A DNA stretch of 64,000 bases, taken from NCBI GenBank assembly GCA_039801725.1, contig JBDRVE010000005.1, positions 3,370-67,369 on the forward strand, in the 5' to 3' direction. The DNA comes from a candidate division WOR-3 bacterium (GTDB lineage Bacteria > Hydrothermota > Tepidihabitantia > Tepidihabitantales > DTDR01). The notes under the pieces are model-generated. The model made no database searches and was not told the origin of the DNA. It saw only the letters and a program-made list of their open reading frames with translations. The translations under genes were made by a program, and so were the position numbers. Below are positions 59,090 through 64,000 of the stretch, in pieces. Each line of letters begins with the position of its first letter. Positions within the stretch are counted from its first letter, which is position 1.

Positions 59090-60793
59090 TTAAGAGACTA
59101 CCTTCTTTTTTGATAAAGCAATTATTCCTTCAATAACTAACCAAACCATTAGACAAAAGACAATTAATCCGATAATAAAAAGCACCCAATTATGGGTTTT
59201 AAAATAGTTTTGGATATTATTTATCATTGCCCAACCAGTCATAAGGATTAAGAAGATTGTGGGAATTGCCGCAACCATTGGCTTTGTTTTTCTATATACT
59301 AAATATAAAGTTGCGACAACCAATGCCAGTCCAGCAAGTAATTGATTAATGGTACCAAAAAGCGGCCAGAGGATTAAAGCACCTTTTCCTCCTGGTTTTA
59401 TCATTGCCAAACCAAAGGCAGAACCAACTGCCACTAAAGTGGCAATATGTTTATTGGTTAAGAAATTTATGCGGGTACTTTGGCCAAATTCCTGGACAAT
59501 ATATCTTTGGATTCTTGTCGCCGTATCAATTGTTGTACCAGCAAAAGAGACAATAAAAACACCCATTATTGTCATCATCAATTCCATCATATATTTGCTT
59601 TTACCAAAAATGTAACCCATCATATTTGCCGCACCAACAACAAAGGCTTTAATATTTGCTGCTAAACCACTTGCCGAAGACCAATCTTTATAATGATTAG
59701 CCCATTCCTTTATTCCGATATTTAGTCCTTTTCCTATTGCACCAAAACCAGCCGCAACTGCTAAAATAACAAGGGAAGCAAGAATTCCTTCAGCAATCAT
59801 ACCACCATAGCCGACTAATTTCGCATCGCTCTCTTTATCAATCTGTTTAGATGCTGTGCCAGAAACAACAAGAGAATGGAAGCCAGAGATTGCTCCGCAA
59901 GCAATCGTAACAAAGAGAAAAGGCCAGATTGGTGGCGCATCTTTTACTGAGAAATTAAAAGCGGGCGCAACAAAACCAAGATGTCCTGGGTCAGAAATAA
60001 AAGCAGCAACCGCACCAGCAAAAATTAATAAACCAGCAACCAACAATTCGTGAGAGTTGATATAATCCCTTGGTTGAAGTAATGTCTCAACAGGTAAAGT
60101 AGAGGCGATATAGCAATAAATCATTAAAATTACAATCCAAATAACAATCGCATTTGGACTCGGAATTTTTATAGGTATTAAGACACCGATCGCTACCGTA
60201 ACATACATTGCCATAAGGGCAAACCAAGACCAGAGTTCTAAACTTTTACCTTTTTTAAAAACCATATAAGATAAAGTAAGAGCAATTGGTATTTCCATCC
60301 AGATAGGGAAAACCGAACTGGGATACATTTCAAATAGAATTCCCATTATCATTGCGAAGATGGCAATCACCACCCATAACTCAAAGAAGATTATTGACAT
60401 AAAAAGATATTTTGCTCTTTTGCCAATAATTTGGGTAGTTATTTCGCCGATAGAAAGACCTTTATTTCTTAAAGATAAAACCAAAGAGGCAAAATCATGG
60501 ACACCGCCTAAAAAGACTGCTCCCAAAACTATCCAAAGAAGCGCCGGTACCCAACCCCAAATTATTCCGATTGCCGGTCCAACAATCGGTCCTAAGCCAG
60601 CAATAGAAGTGAAATTATGTCCCCAGACTACCCAACGATTACTTGGCACATAATCAGTATCATCCCGTAAAATATGGGCAGGTGTTTTGTTATTATCGTC
60701 AAGTTTAAAAACCTTTTTCGCTAAAAATCTTCCGTAAAAATGATACATTAAAATAAACCAAACAACACTTATTAAAAATATTATAAATCCCAT
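59090..60793 (-). CDS. cstA: carbon starvation protein CstA family transporter
   Basis: Multi-TM protein, N-terminal MYHFYGRFLAKKVF... CstA N-domain signature. Confidence 0.8.
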   Translation of the reverse strand: MGFIIFLISVVWFILMYHFYGRFLAKKVFKLDDNNKTPAHILRDDTDYVPSNRWVVWGHNFTSIAGLGPIVGPAIGIIWGWVPALLWIVLGAVFLGGVHDFASLVLSLRNKGLSIGEITTQIIGKRAKYLFMSIIFFELWVVIAIFAMIMGILFEMYPSSVFPIWMEIPIALTLSYMVFKKGKSLELWSWFALMAMYVTVAIGVLIPIKIPSPNAIVIWIVILMIYCYIASTLPVETLLQPRDYINSHELLVAGLLIFAGAVAAFISDPGHLGFVAPAFNFSVKDAPPIWPFLFVTIACGAISGFHSLVVSGTASKQIDKESDAKLVGYGGMIAEGILASLVILAVAAGFGAIGKGLNIGIKEWANHYKDWSSASGLAANIKAFVVGAANMMGYIFGKSKYMMELMMTIMGVFIVSFAGTTIDTATRIQRYIVQEFGQSTRINFLTNKHIATLVAVGSAFGLAMIKPGGKGALILWPLFGTINQLLAGLALVVATLYLVYRKTKPMVAAIPTIFLILMTGWAMINNIQNYFKTHNWVLFIIGLIVFCLMVWLVIEGIIALSKKKVVS

Positions 60794-61254
60794 AGTTTAA
60801 TTTATAATAAAAATTTTTAAAAAATCAATAGAAAAGAATAAGAGAGATAGAAATCCTTTAAGAAACTAAGAAAGTTTGATTTAAATTATTTCCCATCTCT
60901 TTAGCATCATTTTTAGATTATTAAAATCCTTCTCCTTAATAATAACTCTTTTTTAATAAAATTTCCGAATACATTTTAATATCTCAAATTAAAAATGATT
61001 TAAATTATATTTAAAAATTTCTTAAAAATTAACTCCAAGGTGCTCTCCAAGGCAGTATACTATATAGCCCCCTATCTAAAAGGCTAATTTTATTTAAGTT
61101 ATTGATTTTATATCACTTATATAAAAGATTGACAAAATTAAAAGTTTCCATACAGGAAACTTTTTGTTCTAAGTAATTTAATATCAATAACTTACAAGAA
61201 GTGGCTAATTTCATAAAATTACTGAAGGCATAAGATATTGAAAGTAATAGATTA

Positions 61255-61878
61255 TTAGAACTTATTTTTGAGCCAGGATAATGCTTTATATAATTCAAAT
61301 TTATTACCAATTTCGTGTTCGCCTTCGGTTATCACTAATGTATCTTTGATATTATTTCTCTTAAAATATTCGTGGAGATTTATATTATGATAAAAGTTCC
61401 AGTCCCTTTTTCGGGTTATTAAATAAAATATATGTTTTTTTAGTTTATCAGGTTTAATAAGAGAGGACGGTAAAGAAGGAGCGCATACGGAAATAGCGCC
61501 CTTAAAGATTTCTGGATGTAAAAAATTAGAAAGTAATGCTTGGGCACCCATTCCAGAAAAGCCATAAATAAAAATCTTAGAAGTATCAACATAAGAATAT
61601 TTTTTTATTAATTTTTGATAAGTTTTTAAAATATCCTTATCGTTTAAAAGGAAATCTCGGTGGTTTCTACTTTTATGGCAAGAGAACAAAATAAAGCCAA
61701 GACTTTCGGCAATAAAAATTAAGGAATCCAAATCTTCCTTTTTTGCACCTGTGCAACTTAAAACAAGTAAGGCAGGCAATTTCTTTTTTGTTCTCTTTTT
61801 CGGTATATAAAAACAATCGGTATCACTATCGCAATAAAAGATTTGGGAAATAGATAAAAGGAAAATAAGGAAAGGCAT
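61255..61878 (-). CDS. alpha/beta-hydrolase-fold esterase (phospholipase/carboxylesterase-like)
   Basis: Nucleophile elbow GFSGMG (GxSxG) and conserved His near the C-terminus. Confidence 0.6.
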   Translation of the reverse strand: MPFLIFLLSISQIFYCDSDTDCFYIPKKRTKKKLPALLVLSCTGAKKEDLDSLIFIAESLGFILFSCHKSRNHRDFLLNDKDILKTYQKLIKKYSYVDTSKIFIYGFSGMGAQALLSNFLHPEIFKGAISVCAPSLPSSLIKPDKLKKHIFYLITRKRDWNFYHNINLHEYFKRNNIKDTLVITEGEHEIGNKFELYKALSWLKNKF

Positions 61879-61915
61879 AGGAAATTATATAAGGAAAGAA
61901 TTTAAAAGTCAAAAT

Positions 61916-62461
61916 TTATTTTTCTTCTTTTTCTTCCTTTTCTAATACTTCTTTAATTTCATTAGCAATCTCTTCTATAGGTCTGTTTTCAATTTCAATA
62001 TCATCTTTTATAATTTTAATTTTGTAATTTTTGTTATCTTTCTTATATTTCTTAATTATTATACATTTACTTTTATTTTTAAGGAATCGGAATGAAGCAA
62101 GAATGTAAATAAGGTCTATTTTATTTCTTTTAATAACTAATCCGCAACTATAAACAGTTTTTCGGTCTTCTTTTATGATAAAATAATCATCAATCTCGTC
62201 TAATAATCCTTCTTTTTTAAAAATATCACTATAACTAGGAGCATCGCTAAGGCCCTCAATTTGGTAATTTTGGGATAGGAGATTGTTTAATTTATCTTTT
62301 AAGGAGTTTCGAAAATTTTTAATATCTTCCAAAAATTTTCCCAGTGCTTCTTGAAGAATTTCGTAGTTTTGGATAACTAATCTACTTAATTCATTAAATT
62401 TAAAAATTTCTTTTTTCTCTTCTGCCATTTTAACCTCCTTTTTTATTTTGGTAAATTTCAA
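61916..62461 (-). CDS. hypothetical protein (181 aa)
   Basis: ORF overlapping the upstream gene by 32 nt; charged, lysine-rich; no family recognised. Confidence 0.35.
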   Translation of the reverse strand: MKFTKIKKEVKMAEEKKEIFKFNELSRLVIQNYEILQEALGKFLEDIKNFRNSLKDKLNNLLSQNYQIEGLSDAPSYSDIFKKEGLLDEIDDYFIIKEDRKTVYSCGLVIKRNKIDLIYILASFRFLKNKSKCIIIKKYKKDNKNYKIKIIKDDIEIENRPIEEIANEIKEVLEKEEKEEK

Positions 62462-63449
62462 ACCATCTCTTTTTCTTTAACATCTCTTCTCTTTTAGCAA
62501 AATTATTTCTTTCTTGAGCAAAATTAAACATCTGCTTTATAAATTGTCTAATTAAACTTTTTACATCATCATTTGCTTCTTTGTAGATTTCAACTAAAAG
62601 TTTACTAAGTTCCCACCAATCCATAAGTTTAAAACCAGCAGTTTCTATTTCCTTTTTCTTTTCTTCCATATTCTTATATTCCTTTGGGTCTAAACAAATT
62701 TTAAATTTATGTTCTTTCTTTTCATAGTTCAGGTCTTTTCCTAAGTCTTCTTTATATTTTCCTAACTGTTTGTCACCTGCCCCACCCCACAATTTCATTT
62801 CTACTGCACAATAAAAATTTTTCCCTTTAATTATAAAATCAATTCCCAACTTCTCTTTTTCTATTTCAATATCTTCAAATTCTAATTTAATATTTAAAAG
62901 ATTATATTTTTCTTTCGCAATATGATATATAAAAGACTTTAGGAATTTATCACCTAATTGATGAGAATTCTTTGGTTCAAGTAACCAGACTAAAAAATCT
63001 CGATAAGTTCCTTCATTATCAAAACCCTCAAAGATATTTGTTTCCTGCTTTTCATTGTAAATTTCAAATAATTTTTTATCACTATCAGACCAATTTTCCA
63101 CCTCTTTTATAATATATTCTTCTACTTTGTTTATAAAATTTCTAAAATGCTTTTCACTTTCCTTTTCTTTATCTTGAAGTATTTTATTAACTTTCTCTAT
63201 AAAAATTTTAAAATCCCTTTCCTTGTTGGCTTTATCTTTTTGAATTGTTTCTTTTGCCTCTTTTATAAAATTTTTAAATTTTTCATATCTTTTATTTTTT
63301 TTATTATCAATAGAGTTTTCTATTTTTTTAATAAACTCAACAAATTCTTTCTCTTTTTTCTCTTTTTCTCTGTTAATAATTTTCTTTACCTCAGTTATAA
63401 AATTATTGAACTTTTGGATAGTTTTAATAGTCGAGGTTTTTTGAATCAT
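62430..63449 (-). CDS. hypothetical protein with N-terminal 22-aa tandem repeats and a C-terminal PD-(D/E)XK-like nuclease motif
   Basis: Five repeats of KxFIxxVxxxIxxxKxxxEKxF; C-terminal GIDFIIKGKNFYCAVEMK gives D-x12-E-x-K. Confidence 0.45.
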   Translation of the reverse strand: MIQKTSTIKTIQKFNNFITEVKKIINREKEKKEKEFVEFIKKIENSIDNKKNKRYEKFKNFIKEAKETIQKDKANKERDFKIFIEKVNKILQDKEKESEKHFRNFINKVEEYIIKEVENWSDSDKKLFEIYNEKQETNIFEGFDNEGTYRDFLVWLLEPKNSHQLGDKFLKSFIYHIAKEKYNLLNIKLEFEDIEIEKEKLGIDFIIKGKNFYCAVEMKLWGGAGDKQLGKYKEDLGKDLNYEKKEHKFKICLDPKEYKNMEEKKKEIETAGFKLMDWWELSKLLVEIYKEANDDVKSLIRQFIKQMFNFAQERNNFAKREEMLKKKRWFEIYQNKKGG

Positions 63450-63476
63450 ATAAAATCGTTATTTATTATTATTATT

Positions 63477-63992
63477 TTATACTTCTTTTACCAAAACTTT
63501 ATCTTCTTCGTTTGATGGAAAACAAATAAGATAGCCCTTTTTTAAATTAAATAGTTTTAAGTAGTATTTAAATTCTTCTAAATTTTCTTCTACTTCTTCT
63601 TTATCTTCGTAAGAAGATACTTGAGCAACTTCGCCATTAGGAAAAACAAAGTTAAAAGACAGATCGGCTACTTTATGGTTTTTATAACAAATAGGAAAAG
63701 TTGCCTTTGAATACTCAATTCCATTTAATCTCAATTCAACACCAATAGCGTTAGAAAAGATTTCCGAACCTTTCCCTTCTTTGGTTTCTCGATAAAGGAA
63801 TTCCACACCAAAATATTCAAATACTTCGTTGGCTGCTCTTTTAAGTAACGAAGAGATTGGTTCGTTTGATTTCTTTGCTTGAGTAACCGAAGAGTTTATA
63901 TTTCTTTTAGGTCTCTCAACCTCTTCTAAAATAATCTCGTCGCCAAAACTTAAAATTGCTCCTTTGTTGATATTTAAAGAAATCATATACAC
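63477..63992 (-). CDS. GxxExxY family protein (PD-(D/E)XK-related small protein)
   Basis: LKRAANEVFEYFGVEFLYRE...FPICYKN...DLSFNFV...YLKLFNLKKGYLICF matches the GxxExxY family pattern; the N-terminal 40 aa may be an over-extension. Confidence 0.5.
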   Translation of the reverse strand: MYMISLNINKGAILSFGDEIILEEVERPKRNINSSVTQAKKSNEPISSLLKRAANEVFEYFGVEFLYRETKEGKGSEIFSNAIGVELRLNGIEYSKATFPICYKNHKVADLSFNFVFPNGEVAQVSSYEDKEEVEENLEEFKYYLKLFNLKKGYLICFPSNEEDKVLVKEV

Positions 63993-64000
63993 CTGTGCCT

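Overview
This 64 kb window is AT-rich (roughly 30% GC by eye) and reads as mostly housekeeping chromosome from a Gram-negative-type bacterium, probably an uncultivated low-GC lineage. The cell-type call rests on an LptD-like outer-membrane protein, a type IV pilin, a secreted protein with a T9SS/FlgD-like C-terminal sorting domain, and LVIVD and beta-barrel-like proteins. TGA is used as a stop codon, so the standard bacterial code applies. Recognisable content: an FprA flavodiiron protein with an upstream 54-aa rubredoxin that is missing from the ORF track; an htrA-sigma factor operon; a 23S-5S rRNA pair with its own promoter and no 16S or tRNA in the window; a pilin gene directly downstream; sppA; an lptD-like gene; holA; leuS; pdxA; the conserved ispE-tRNA-Gln-prs-rplY(ctc)-pth-ychF block; uvrB; a 1063-aa coiled-coil membrane protein with a TPR partner; an L,D-transpeptidase; cca; ftsK; a MoxR ATPase; a serpin; a pgsB-pgsC poly-gamma-glutamate cluster with outer-membrane-type partners; a LivK-like binding protein; rsmG; asd; cstA; and a terminal cluster with GxxExxY and PD-(D/E)XK-like proteins. 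The most unusual signals are: (1) a roughly 450 bp module present twice about 31 kb apart, each with a conserved 67-aa basic YRYY-motif protein transcribed divergently from a secreted-protein gene under a near-identical promoter; (2) at least five genes whose -10 box sits 6-7 nt before the ATG, implying leaderless mRNAs; (3) ispE reading in frame through the whole tRNA-Gln gene; (4) a 13-bp-arm inverted repeat with a 60-nt spacer between the divergent rubredoxin/fprA and htrA promoters; (5) a frameshifted paralog of a lipoprotein; and (6) a degenerate KMSKS motif in LeuS. No CRISPR array, transposase or integrase was seen.
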